From contig CAZNIO010000005.1 in the NCBI GenBank assembly GCA_964573135.1, positions 3,362-67,361 of the forward strand: a stretch of DNA of 64,000 bases. The letters are read 5' to 3'. The stretch comes from an uncultured Gammaproteobacteria bacterium (GTDB lineage Bacteria; Patescibacteriota; Patescibacteriia; UBA2196; GWA2-42-15). A model generated the notes under the pieces. It did not search any database. It was given only the letters and a program-made list of their open reading frames with translations, and had not been told where the DNA came from. The position numbers were made by a program, and so were the translations under genes. Below, one piece after another: positions 1 through 9,218 of this stretch (positions within the stretch are counted from its first letter, which is position 1; each line of letters opens with the position of its first letter).

Positions 1-258
1 GGCGCCGTGTGGAGTATTGGCATTAGGGTCATATATATAAATTACTAACTCCTGCTGTTCACCATCTCTTTCTTCTACGTCAATATTCCTTTCAGCTGGA
101 TACATGAACTCAAAACCGTATTTATCGTTTTGGTAAATTTTCCAGTTTAGGTTATTCTCTTGCTGATTATTGTCTTGAATTGTTGCTCTGGACCAAAATA
201 GAACAATTAATAATACAACAATAATTATTATGACGAATATTGTAATTATTTTTTTCAT
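1..258 (-). CDS. Partial hypothetical membrane-anchored protein (N-terminus in window, continues past window start)
   Basis: Reverse-strand ATG at 258..256 (MKKIITIFVIIIIVVLLIVLFW...), no stop before the window edge. Hydrophobic N-terminal anchor followed by a polar region. Missing from the ORF track because it is open-ended. Confidence 0.35.
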   Translation of the reverse strand, partial: MKKIITIFVIIIIVVLLIVLFWSRATIQDNNQQENNLNWKIYQNDKYGFEFMYPAERNIDVEERDGEQQELVIYIYDPNANTPHGA

Positions 259-279
259 AAATTTATAAATTATGGTAAG

Positions 280-354
280 TGGAGCGGGTAAGGGGAATCG
301 GACCCCTGTCATCAGGTTGGAAACCTGAGATAATAGCCATTATACGATACCCGC
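280..354 (-). tRNA. tRNA-Gly (anticodon UCC), 75 nt including CCA
   Basis: Reverse complement folds as a cloverleaf. Acceptor GCGGGUA/UACCCGC with G1:C72, C2:G71, G3:C70 and discriminator U73 (Gly identity set). Anticodon stem UCAGG/CCUGA, loop UUUCCAA. T-loop is slightly off-consensus (UCCGAUU) and the D-stem has one mismatch. Confidence 0.55.
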
Positions 355-386
355 TTAATTTAATAATATCCTATCAAAAAATTCTC

Positions 387-416
387 TTGCCGTAAAGACC
401 CCTCAAGTGATATAAT
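387..416 (+). promoter_or_regulatory. Candidate sigma70-type promoter (TTGCCG-18-TGaTATAAT) for the lipoprotein gene
   Basis: -35-like TTGCCG at 387-392, 18 bp spacer, extended -10 TGaTATAAT at 408-416, ATG at 441. Confidence 0.4.
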
Positions 417-440
417 CATAATATCAAATAATCACACAAT

Positions 441-1001
441 ATGAAAAAAATATTTATCCTTGCAACCCTCATTCTTGTCGCTCTTACTGGCTGTAAAAAT
501 CAACCTGCAGAAGAAATTCAAGATGTCCAAATTGCCAATCCCGCCTCTCAGCATTGTGAGGAAAAAGGCGGTAAAATTAAACTTCGTGATCAAACCGGCT
601 GGTGTATTTTCCCCGATAACTCAGAATGTGAAGAATGGGCTTTCTTCCGCGGTGAATGCCTGCCTCAAACTGTACACAAGCTAGAAGAAGGTCAACTACA
701 AAAATGCATTACTGGTTATGACCACTTTGGCAAAAGCCAATTTAAGTTAATTCCCGCGGGAGAGGCCTGCCCTCAAATCACAACTCAAAAAGAGTTGAAT
801 AATTTTTGTGGCAAAGATACCAATCAGGTTATCAAATGCGACAACCTCATTAAACTTATAAGCACAAACCCACAAGCTGGCAATATGTTTTTTCAAGGTA
901 ATAAAATTCTAAGCTGCCCCAACACCAATACTGAAAATACCAGTCAAGATTGCCAAAACGCCCTAAGTGCCTCATGCGATATGACCGTCAACTGCGACTA
1001 A
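441..1001 (+). CDS. Lipoprotein with DUF333 (putative hemolysin-like) Cys-rich domain
   Basis: Signal peptide plus lipobox (LVALTG|C). Motif CEEKGGKIKLRDQTGWCIFPDNSECEEWAFFRGEC matches the DUF333 pattern. Several further Cys pairs in the C-terminal half. Confidence 0.65.
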   Translation: MKKIFILATLILVALTGCKNQPAEEIQDVQIANPASQHCEEKGGKIKLRDQTGWCIFPDNSECEEWAFFRGECLPQTVHKLEEGQLQKCITGYDHFGKSQFKLIPAGEACPQITTQKELNNFCGKDTNQVIKCDNLIKLISTNPQAGNMFFQGNKILSCPNTNTENTSQDCQNALSASCDMTVNCD

Positions 1002-1629
1002 ATAATTTCTTTAAAAAACTTATCCTGCCCGACTTTCTGTCGGGCTTTTTGTTTAAAAAATCTAAAACAGCCTCTTCCACTTCTTTTGCCGCCTCGTCAA
1101 GCCTGCCTTCCTTATTAACTATGCGAACATCATATTTTTTTGATATTCCTATTTCCTTTTTAGCCGTCTCCATTCTCTTCCTAAGGGCATCTCGGTTCAT
1201 ATTCTGATTCCTCTTCTCTATTCGTTTAACCAATTGTTCCTGAGACTCGGGCAATATAAAAATCAAAAGAGTATTCTCCTTGCCCATCATTTGGCGTAAA
1301 TTTAATGCTCCTTTTACCTCAATCTCAAAAAAAGGAACTTTGCCCAAATCATCAATTCTCTTTAATTCAGATTTGGGAGCGCCGTAATAATTACCTGAAA
1401 AAAACTCATATTCAAGTAGCTCACCCCTCTCCATTCTCCTCTTAAATTCTTCTTCTGTTAAAAAATAATAATCCTCACCATCCTCTTCTCCCGGCCTAAT
1501 TTTTCTGATAGTACAAGTAACAACTTTTTCAAGCTCATCAACACTCTCAAGAACCTTTTTGCTCACAGCGTCTTTACCCACCCCAGAAGGCCCAGATATT
1601 ATAACAATTTTTCCTTTATTTTTATCCAT
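988..1629 (-). CDS. gmk: Guanylate kinase
   Basis: P-loop IVIISGPSGVGKDAV, GMP-binding region and overall length fit the guanylate kinase family. The C-terminal ~15 aa are encoded across the neighbour's terminator hairpin and may not be genuine. Confidence 0.88.
   Translation of the reverse strand: MDKNKGKIVIISGPSGVGKDAVSKKVLESVDELEKVVTCTIRKIRPGEEDGEDYYFLTEEEFKRRMERGELLEYEFFSGNYYGAPKSELKRIDDLGKVPFFEIEVKGALNLRQMMGKENTLLIFILPESQEQLVKRIEKRNQNMNRDALRKRMETAKKEIGISKKYDVRIVNKEGRLDEAAKEVEEAVLDFLNKKPDRKSGRISFLKKLFSRS
1027..1054 (+). terminator. Rho-independent terminator hairpin (GCCCGAC-TTTCT-GTCGGGC + T-tract)
   Basis: Perfect 7-bp GC-rich stem followed by TTTTTGTTT directly after the 441..1001 stop. 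It lies inside the 3' coding tail of the convergent gmk ORF. Confidence 0.55.
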
Positions 1630-1635
1630 CTTATC

Positions 1636-2574
1636 TTACTTAATTTCTTTCAAAAATTCTTTAAGCTCTTTAGGAACATCACACTCAAACTCTTGCCACT
1701 CACCGCTCAAATCACTAAAACTTAACTTAGATGCATATAGCCACACTCTGCCCAAATCAACAAATTTATCTTTCTTTTTAACGTCATGTGTTATATACAC
1801 CTTATCCCCCACAATTGGATGTCCAATTGATCTCATGTGTACCCTTATCTGATGTGTTCTACCCGTCAAAATATTAACTTTGATTAAAGTATAATGATTG
1901 AATTTTTCCAAAACTTCATATTCAGTCAAAGCTGATTTAGTTTTTGAAAAAACACTCAAAAAATCAGAAACTGCCACGAATATCCCCTTATTTTTAGAAC
2001 GTTTAATTGGCAAATTAACTTCACCCTCATCTTGCCTCATCACATTGTGCACCAACGCCACATATTCTTTACTAACTTTCCTACTGCTAAATTGACTCTT
2101 TAAATGTTCAAACATTTCCTCACTTAGTGCTATAACCATTAAACCAGAAACTTCCTTATCCAGACGATGTACAATACCTGGGCGTTCATCAACCCCTCCA
2201 ATCCCCTTAGCTTCAGGAAATTTCTTAACCAGCCAATCAACTAGAGTACCGTCTTTATGTATATCATCTCTGTGAGTTACCATACCTGCCGGCTTATTAA
2301 CCACCACATAATTATCACCCTTAAAAACAACATCAACCTTATAATCTTTCACCACGCTATCAATTTTTTCAGATATTTTTTCCTCTAAAACAATAGTTTC
2401 AATTGTATCCCCAGAGTGCAAGAAATAATGTGGGGATCTTTTCTTCCCCAAAACTAACACTCCTCCAGCCTTTATTCTCTTTTTCCACTGTGAACGACTC
2501 ACCTTACTATCAAATTCACTTAAGAATATGTCTAGCCTCTTTCCACTATTGTTTTCCTTAATTTTAATTTCCAT
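1636..2574 (-). CDS. rluD: RluA-family 23S rRNA pseudouridine synthase (RluD-like, S4 domain + catalytic domain)
   Basis: Catalytic-Asp motif HRLDKEVSGLMVIA. N-terminal S4-like region. Family-typical length. Confidence 0.8.
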   Translation of the reverse strand: MEIKIKENNSGKRLDIFLSEFDSKVSRSQWKKRIKAGGVLVLGKKRSPHYFLHSGDTIETIVLEEKISEKIDSVVKDYKVDVVFKGDNYVVVNKPAGMVTHRDDIHKDGTLVDWLVKKFPEAKGIGGVDERPGIVHRLDKEVSGLMVIALSEEMFEHLKSQFSSRKVSKEYVALVHNVMRQDEGEVNLPIKRSKNKGIFVAVSDFLSVFSKTKSALTEYEVLEKFNHYTLIKVNILTGRTHQIRVHMRSIGHPIVGDKVYITHDVKKKDKFVDLGRVWLYASKLSFSDLSGEWQEFECDVPKELKEFLKEIK

Positions 2575-4108
2575 TTTTCTTCTTTAGTTTTTTAATTTCT
2601 TCCTTAGCCTCCTCTTTTGTCCTAATCTTGCCCGCTAATTGCTTTTCACGTAAAGCCTCCATGATCATTCCTACTTTCTTGCCAGGCCTAATACCAAGTA
2701 TCTTCATTACATCTTTACCATTAATTAAAGAATCTGGTAATTTTTTATCCTTGCCCAATTTTTTTAACTCATTAATTCGATCAAACATCATTCCAAAATT
2801 TTCCAAGTCCCCTTCTCCAGTATCTTCACGCACTGATGAAAACATGTCGGCAAACCCAGTTTTAAGTAAGTCCTCACCAGAAAATTTTGAACTAAAAAAA
2901 TACTTTTCAATAGTGGAGTTTTTCATCTCTTTAATGGTTTTAGTATCAAAAAGATGATGTTTCGATATCAGCCAAACTGATTTATCAACATCAAAATCAA
3001 ATTCAGGCGCAGCTGATAGTTTTAATTTCTCAAAATTTACCTTAGCCATCTTAGCGCTTGTCACATCGTGATTATTAAACCTCAATCGATCAGTCCCGTC
3101 CTTTTCGGGTGTCATTATGGTATACGGCTTGCCAACATCATGCCACACCAACGCCATCACAAGATCAGCTCCAACTACTTTACCACTCTTTCCAGAGAAC
3201 ACAAGATTTTTCTTAAATCGATTTTGAAAACTGGTGGATTCTAAATTCTTTAAACACAACCTGGTATGTTCCCACACGTCTCCTTCTGAGTGCCAATTTG
3301 TCGGCTGTGGGCAATCCTTCATTTTCAAAAGCTCAGGCATTAACTGCTCAGTCGCTCCCGATTTGTCGTATAAATCAAAAGCATGTATTGGATTTAAAAC
3401 AAAAGATTTAAGTAATTCAGAAGCGATTACTTCATAAGGAACAATGCGATCCCCGTCTGTGGCCTCATCATTAATATGTGATATCAATTTTACTACTGCC
3501 TCCCAAGTAATTTCTTCAATTTTAAAATCAAGCTGGCAAGCAAATCTAATAGCACGGAGCATTCTTGAATAATCTTCTTCAAATCGACCATATGCATTGC
3601 CGACTGTTCTAATTATCTTATCTTTCAAATCTCTCACTCCATCAAATTCATCAACTAATTCTTTAGAAAATATATTGTATGCTAAAGCATTAATTGTAAA
3701 ATCACGTCTGCCTAAATCTTCTCGTATATCCAACTTCTCATTATATTGAACATCAAAATCCCTATAACCCCCAGTTGCTTTTGAAATTTCTGTACGCGGT
3801 AAAGCAATATCATAGGCCACTTCAATCTTTTTATCCCCTGGTAAAAATTTGTACACTCCAAAAGTCTTACCCACTAAATTAACTTTGCCCAATTTCTCAA
3901 GCTCTTTGCCCAGTTTATCCAAATTCATGCCCCTCACCACGAAATCATAGTCCTTAATATCTTTAATACCTAATAACGCATCGCGCACAGCGCCACCCAC
4001 CAGATACACCTCCACCTTACTATCAATATCACGCAATTTCTCTGCCCAATCCAAAAAACCGCCCTTCTCCATTTCTTCTATTATCTTTTCCAAATTCTTA
4101 TATTTCAT
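2564..4108 (-). CDS. cca: tRNA nucleotidyltransferase (CCA-adding enzyme) / poly(A) polymerase family with HD domain
   Basis: PolyA_pol head motif VYLVGGAVRDALLG...DYDF, RNA-binding and HD-like region (HD...H). 514 aa. Confidence 0.8.
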   Translation of the reverse strand: MKYKNLEKIIEEMEKGGFLDWAEKLRDIDSKVEVYLVGGAVRDALLGIKDIKDYDFVVRGMNLDKLGKELEKLGKVNLVGKTFGVYKFLPGDKKIEVAYDIALPRTEISKATGGYRDFDVQYNEKLDIREDLGRRDFTINALAYNIFSKELVDEFDGVRDLKDKIIRTVGNAYGRFEEDYSRMLRAIRFACQLDFKIEEITWEAVVKLISHINDEATDGDRIVPYEVIASELLKSFVLNPIHAFDLYDKSGATEQLMPELLKMKDCPQPTNWHSEGDVWEHTRLCLKNLESTSFQNRFKKNLVFSGKSGKVVGADLVMALVWHDVGKPYTIMTPEKDGTDRLRFNNHDVTSAKMAKVNFEKLKLSAAPEFDFDVDKSVWLISKHHLFDTKTIKEMKNSTIEKYFFSSKFSGEDLLKTGFADMFSSVREDTGEGDLENFGMMFDRINELKKLGKDKKLPDSLINGKDVMKILGIRPGKKVGMIMEALREKQLAGKIRTKEEAKEEIKKLKKKNGN

Positions 4109-4192
4109 AGCTTAATCCTACCTTTTTTAAAGGTTTTTTACAAGGTTGACCTTGATTTTGAAACATTTTTCTGTTAGTCTAAAAACTAATAT

Positions 4193-4279
4193 GCGGACGT
4201 GGTGAAATTGGTATACACGCAAGCTTGAGGGGCTTGTGGCCGCAAGGCTGTGAGGGTTCAACTCCCTCCGTCCGCACCA
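4193..4279 (+). tRNA. tRNA-Leu (anticodon GAG), type II with long variable arm
   Basis: Acceptor GCGGACG/CGUCCGC. Anticodon stem CAAGC/GCUUG with loop UUGAGGG. Long variable arm, T-arm GAGGG-UUCAACU-CCCUC, discriminator A plus CCA encoded. Confidence 0.8.
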
Positions 4280-4280
4280 C

Positions 4281-4313
4281 AAAAATCGCTTTATCAAAAG
4301 CGATTTTTGTTTA
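4281..4313 (+). terminator. Hairpin plus T-tract after tRNA-Leu
   Basis: AAAATCGCTTT-ATCAAA-AGCGATTTT followed by TGTTT. Confidence 0.45.
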
Positions 4314-4322
4314 TACAAAGAA

Positions 4323-4351
4323 TTGACAAAATACGTTATTTACGATATAAA
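4323..4351 (+). promoter_or_regulatory. Candidate promoter TTGACA-17-TATAAA
   Basis: Consensus -35 at 4323-4328, 17-bp spacer, -10 TATAAA at 4346-4351. Strong SD AAGGAGG at 4386-4392 precedes the ATG at 4396. Confidence 0.5.
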
Positions 4352-4395
4352 AATATAAACACAAAAAACATACACAATCTAATGAAGGAGGCAAA

Positions 4396-4992
4396 ATGTT
4401 ATACCAAATACTCAAAAGGTGGTACCAACTCCGCAACATCGATGTATCGCAATGTGACCTCGTTGTCCCTCTGGGATATGGGCTACTCACGCGGTCAAGT
4501 CTACCTGATGCGGAGTTAAAAGTACTAAAAATGGCAAAACAAATTGCTAAAAAACACCAGGTACCAATTGCCTGGGCCAGTTCCAATTACTTTTGGGATA
4601 ATTGCGAGGGACAAGAAAACCGGCTTAAAGCACATCTTTTAGGTGCTAAATTCAATCCCATAATAGGGGATGGTATCACCAACTCTATCACTGAGGCGTA
4701 CAGTATCCAGACAAAAATAATTGATAAAAAAATTAAATCGGATACAATCGTCCTGGTGGCAGATTGGGCACATGCCAGAAGCGCCAAAAATATCTGGTCT
4801 AAAATATGGCCAGAAGCAAAAATTACGGTGATTAGCATTGATGCAAACTGGCATCAATCATCACCAGTTTTTTTTCAACGTTCCAGGTCAAGATGGCTTG
4901 CCGTCAATTTAGTACGGCACATAGCCCTAAAAATACTTGGAATGAGAATAAAAAAAATTCGGCATCCACTAAAAAATACACATTCGCGCTAG
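4396..4992 (+). CDS. DUF218 / YdcF-ElyC-like protein (tentative)
   Basis: Pattern LVVPLGYG ... IVLVADWAHARSAKNIW resembles the DUF218 core (ivvLGgg ... vTsxyHmxRa). Good RBS. Confidence 0.45.
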   Translation: MLYQILKRWYQLRNIDVSQCDLVVPLGYGLLTRSSLPDAELKVLKMAKQIAKKHQVPIAWASSNYFWDNCEGQENRLKAHLLGAKFNPIIGDGITNSITEAYSIQTKIIDKKIKSDTIVLVADWAHARSAKNIWSKIWPEAKITVISIDANWHQSSPVFFQRSRSRWLAVNLVRHIALKILGMRIKKIRHPLKNTHSR

Positions 4993-5041
4993 TGATTGTG
5001 TATTTTTTGTATTAATCCCATCTTGAGGATATAATGAACAC

Positions 5042-6979
5042 ATGTACAAAGCACCCAATAAATTCCTTAACTTTCTAACAAAAAACAGCTCTTATCTGCT
5101 TTTCTCCTTTATTATCCTCTATATTATCTTCTTCTCTATAATCTGCCTACTCAAATACAACAATTTCCTCTATAATGCCCTTGATCTATCCATTATCAAT
5201 AACGTTTTCTATAATACCCTACACGGCAATGGTCTTTATTCCTCCATTCAAGGACATTCTTACTTGGGTGATCATTTCACACCCGTTATCTTCCTCCTAT
5301 TGCCCCTCTACGCCCTCTATCAGTCGCCAGTCACTCTTTTAGTCCTACAAACCATCTTTCTCGCTCTGGCCTCTTTACCTTTATATAAAATATGTCAAAT
5401 AATTTTAAAAAATAAAATACTACCACTCTTAATCTCTCTACTATGGCTACTAAGCCCCCTGGTCCACAACATCAATCTTTTCGAATTCCACTTTCTCTCC
5501 ATACTTCCCCTTTTCTTTTTCTCCTTTCTCTATTTTTATCTTAAAATTAAAGAAAACCCCCACAATAAGAAACTATTCGTATACTTTTTTATCTTCCTCG
5601 TCCTCTCACTTCTCATACGAGAAGATGTCTCCTTTATCTTCATGGCATTTGGCATAATCTTAATCTTTGATTTTTGGAAAAAAAGAAAAAGATATCAAAT
5701 ATTTATTATCGCCTACTGGCTAACAGCTATCAGCTATTTTATACTTGCAACAAAAACAATATCTCTCTATTCCCCTTCAAATTTCTCTCCATTTCTTTAT
5801 TACTACTCATGGCTAGGCGATACAAGTACTCAAATTATTAAAAATTTCTTTCTAAAATTTGATATGATTTTAAATCATATCTCAACCATAGGTAATTTCG
5901 AAATGGTTATAGGATTACTATTGCCATTCCTATTACTACCAATAATAAAACCAAAATATCTCCTCTTGTGTCTTCTTCCTTTTTCACAAATAATACTCAC
6001 ATCAGCTGGTGGCGGGGCACTCACCTGGCAAACTCATTATGCAGCTTTTTTCCTCCCAGGATTAACTATCTCCTTCGTTTTTGCTTTTAAAAAATTAAAC
6101 AAAATCACTAATCAACAACTCGGTTCTAAATACCTCCTCATCTCTCTTCTAATTATTGCTAATATATTTTTAATATTTTCCATCGGGCCATTAACAGGCA
6201 TAAATAACTTGTACGAAAAAGATAACTCTAAAATACAAAAAATACTCAAATCCATTCCAAAAAATACACCCATTGCCTCAGGCTACAACACCCTTCCTCA
6301 TTTATCCAGTCGTCAATATATCTACTCGCTAAACTACTTGTTTCTCGGACATGGACAATTTGCCACAACAAAATATATTACACAAAAAAATCCACAATAT
6401 ATTATCATCGACTCAAATGACTTAATTCATTATGATATTCAGCTGGCTCATCTTACTTGGAGCAAACCTCATTATGCACAAGGGTATGAACGATTAAGAA
6501 ATCTATTAACAGACTATGGAATCATAAGCTCAGCAGAAAATATAACGCTATTTAAAAAAAACCACCCCAGTAAAACCAAGCTCTATTCAGTACAAACACC
6601 CCCAACTGTCACACAGTCCAAATATAATTTTAATGCCCTTAAACTAATAGATTATAAAATCACAATCAACCCAACCACTGTCTCTTTGTCTTTTCAAATA
6701 GATGAACCAACAGACAATATCTATTATGCAAAAATAAAAACCAATAATCAATCAAAAATATTTCCCCTTGCCTACTTTTATCCAATCAAGGATTGGCACA
6801 ACGATGAAATCGTTACTGTTAATTATCCCCTAGATATAAAAATAGATCTCAATACTGAGATCTATCTGTCCCTTGTAGCCATACAAGGGGGCATTGAAAT
6901 TGATAACTTAAGAAATATTAAATTAGTGATTGATAAAGAAACAAATATCACCGATCAATCAATTAATCTTACTCATTAA
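5042..6979 (+). CDS. Polytopic membrane protein, about 12 TM, plus C-terminal soluble domain (possibly DUF2079-type)
   Basis: 645 aa. N-terminal 400 aa strongly hydrophobic with multiple TM segments (GDHFTPVIFLLLPLY...), C-terminal ~240 aa hydrophilic. Sits adjacent to the glycosylation cluster. Confidence 0.55.
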   Translation: MYKAPNKFLNFLTKNSSYLLFSFIILYIIFFSIICLLKYNNFLYNALDLSIINNVFYNTLHGNGLYSSIQGHSYLGDHFTPVIFLLLPLYALYQSPVTLLVLQTIFLALASLPLYKICQIILKNKILPLLISLLWLLSPLVHNINLFEFHFLSILPLFFFSFLYFYLKIKENPHNKKLFVYFFIFLVLSLLIREDVSFIFMAFGIILIFDFWKKRKRYQIFIIAYWLTAISYFILATKTISLYSPSNFSPFLYYYSWLGDTSTQIIKNFFLKFDMILNHISTIGNFEMVIGLLLPFLLLPIIKPKYLLLCLLPFSQIILTSAGGGALTWQTHYAAFFLPGLTISFVFAFKKLNKITNQQLGSKYLLISLLIIANIFLIFSIGPLTGINNLYEKDNSKIQKILKSIPKNTPIASGYNTLPHLSSRQYIYSLNYLFLGHGQFATTKYITQKNPQYIIIDSNDLIHYDIQLAHLTWSKPHYAQGYERLRNLLTDYGIISSAENITLFKKNHPSKTKLYSVQTPPTVTQSKYNFNALKLIDYKITINPTTVSLSFQIDEPTDNIYYAKIKTNNQSKIFPLAYFYPIKDWHNDEIVTVNYPLDIKIDLNTEIYLSLVAIQGGIEIDNLRNIKLVIDKETNITDQSINLTH

Positions 6980-8504
6980 TATTTACAGGAGGAGTTACTA
7001 CTATTAACTGAGGGCGAACAAAACCACCGAACTGCTCAACATCTTCCAGGCGCCAACCATTCTGCCAAAACCAATCCATAACAATACCCGCGTTGTGTAT
7101 ATTCGCCGCTACAACAGGATAAATAATTAACACGCGCTTGGCATCACCGACCACCTCTCCTACATCTCGCATATTTTCCTCCGTAATTACCGGATACCAA
7201 TTATATTTCACTGCCTTCAATAAAAAATTACTCTCAAGGCCATCTGGCTCATAGCCAATTACCTCTAAATCACCTCGATAATAATAATCAAAGGGCAATT
7301 TATACACAAACGCAGGCGACAATATAACATCGCCTTTTTTTTCTATACTCTCAACATATCGCGCAATTTTATCCCATTCATTTTGGCTGCGCTTGTCAAC
7401 CATCCATAAGTTATATGGAGCAAGGATAACAAAAATCAATATAAGTAAAAAAAATCGAAACTTCTTGCTAATATTTAAGTTATCAAGACCCATGGCAAGT
7501 AATAAATAAAAACCAATAGACCCCACTGTATAATACTTGGCTACCCATACTTGAGTAAAAAATCCAACAAAAAGAGGAAAAAGAAAAAGCATCAACATAA
7601 AAACCAATGCTCTACCCTCTCTCAATTTCATCTCAACCCTTTTTTCCTTTAGGAAAAAAGTAAATTTAAAAAGAGCCAATAAAAACAAACTCCCAACTAT
7701 AACCATGCCAGAAGCGTCAATCAAGTGAAGCTTCTCTCCCAAAAACATAAAAGAGCGGGGCAACTGCCAAAAAAAGAAACCACCACCCTCGGTGTTTAAA
7801 TACCATGCGCCACTATTCACACTGCTCACCGACCTCATCACAAACACCGACAACCATGGCAGAAAAAGAAAAAATACGACCAGCTGTGCCACAATCCATT
7901 CTAAAAGTAAAACACTTTTCTTTTTTAAAAAATAATAATCATACACAAAATATAAACTATGAACTATAAACAAAAACAATGCAGTAATATGTGTATATAT
8001 TGCTAAACACGAAAAAAGAAGATATAAAAACCAATTCAATCTATTCTTATTACCATCAAACAACTCCCAAAAAAAATAACAAGACAAAATACTAAAAAAT
8101 ACTAGCATAGGATACATACGCGCCTCCATAGCAAAAAACAACTGATAAGACGAAAAGGCAAAAAGAAACGCTGCCATCAACCCAATCCGTCGATTAGCCA
8201 ATCGTTTACCTAAAAAATATATAGCTATTATTCCAAAAATACTAAAAAGTACTGACGACAAACGCACTGCCTGCTCTGCTTCACCAAACATTTTAACCCA
8301 AAAATGCAAAAATATATAATGCGCTGGCGGATTATTTTCCCATTCCAGATACTGCCAACTTTCTATCACTCCTTTTTTGGCAATTTCTAAGCTAACTACC
8401 TCGTCAAACCAAAAACTTTTACTGTTTAAAACCGCGGGCATTCTAAAAGCCAGTGCCAAAAAAATAATTAGTATTAAAATTAAAATTGCCTTATTTAATT
8501 TCAT
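6969..8504 (-). CDS. GT-C fold glycosyltransferase, ArnT/PMT (GT39/GT83)-like polyprenol-phosphate-sugar dependent
   Basis: N-terminal TM followed by FWFDEVVS (the DE motif of ArnT/PMT-type GT-C enzymes). About 11 TM segments, C-terminal soluble domain. Confidence 0.75.
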   Translation of the reverse strand: MKLNKAILILILIIFLALAFRMPAVLNSKSFWFDEVVSLEIAKKGVIESWQYLEWENNPPAHYIFLHFWVKMFGEAEQAVRLSSVLFSIFGIIAIYFLGKRLANRRIGLMAAFLFAFSSYQLFFAMEARMYPMLVFFSILSCYFFWELFDGNKNRLNWFLYLLFSCLAIYTHITALFLFIVHSLYFVYDYYFLKKKSVLLLEWIVAQLVVFFLFLPWLSVFVMRSVSSVNSGAWYLNTEGGGFFFWQLPRSFMFLGEKLHLIDASGMVIVGSLFLLALFKFTFFLKEKRVEMKLREGRALVFMLMLFLFPLFVGFFTQVWVAKYYTVGSIGFYLLLAMGLDNLNISKKFRFFLLILIFVILAPYNLWMVDKRSQNEWDKIARYVESIEKKGDVILSPAFVYKLPFDYYYRGDLEVIGYEPDGLESNFLLKAVKYNWYPVITEENMRDVGEVVGDAKRVLIIYPVVAANIHNAGIVMDWFWQNGWRLEDVEQFGGFVRPQLIVVTPPVNINE

Positions 8505-8507
8505 ATA

Positions 8508-9218
8508 TTATTTAGAAAATCTCAACTTAATAACTGTTGTGAAAAATTCAAAAATATCCCCCGTACTCAATTTAGACTTGCCATGCTCTCTGTCAACGAA
8601 TACCACAGGAATCTCTTTTATTCTAAAATTTTTTTTCTCACACAAATAAATCAATTCTTCCTGAAAAGCATAGCCATTGCTTCCTATTTTATCAAGATTA
8701 ATCTTCTTTATGGCTTCAGTCCTAAAACATCTAAATCCAGCCGTTATATCCCTGGTCTTTAACCCAAGAATAAATCGGGCAAAAGCCATAGCACATTTGC
8801 TTTGAAAATTTCTCCTAAAGCCCCAGCCCTTAACCGAACCACCCTTAATGCGACGAGAACCAATTACTACATCATTCCCATTAATAATCTCCTCAATAAG
8901 TCGTGGGATATCTTTGGGATTATGAGAAAAATCAGCATCCATTTCAAAAACCAAATCTGCCCCTTCTAAAAATGCCTTCTTAAAACCTTCAATATATGCT
9001 GACCCTAATCCCAATTTACCTTTTCTATGTATCACTCCAAGACGATCATCGCCATATACTGAAATCAAATCATCAACTATCTTCCCAGTCCCGTCCAAAG
9101 AATTGTCATCCACTACCACAACATGTAAATCAACAATATTTAAATTAAAAATTGCTTCTAATATTTTAGATATATTCTCCTTCTCATTATACGTTGGTAA
9201 TATAATATATTTTTTCAT
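8508..9218 (-). CDS. GT2 polyprenol-phosphate glycosyltransferase (DPM1-like)
   Basis: ILPTYNEKENI ... VVVDDNSLDGTG ... DAD motifs. 236 aa soluble GT-A. Confidence 0.85.
   Translation of the reverse strand: MKKYIILPTYNEKENISKILEAIFNLNIVDLHVVVVDDNSLDGTGKIVDDLISVYGDDRLGVIHRKGKLGLGSAYIEGFKKAFLEGADLVFEMDADFSHNPKDIPRLIEEIINGNDVVIGSRRIKGGSVKGWGFRRNFQSKCAMAFARFILGLKTRDITAGFRCFRTEAIKKINLDKIGSNGYAFQEELIYLCEKKNFRIKEIPVVFVDREHGKSKLSTGDIFEFFTTVIKLRFSK

Noticed and set aside
4127-4586. ORF-track entries 4127..4318(-), 4250..4519(+), 4311..4586(-) around the tRNA-Leu
   Set aside because: They overlap a well-formed tRNA, its terminator and the promoter/5' end of the 4396..4992 gene. Low-complexity translations. 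Treated as spurious.
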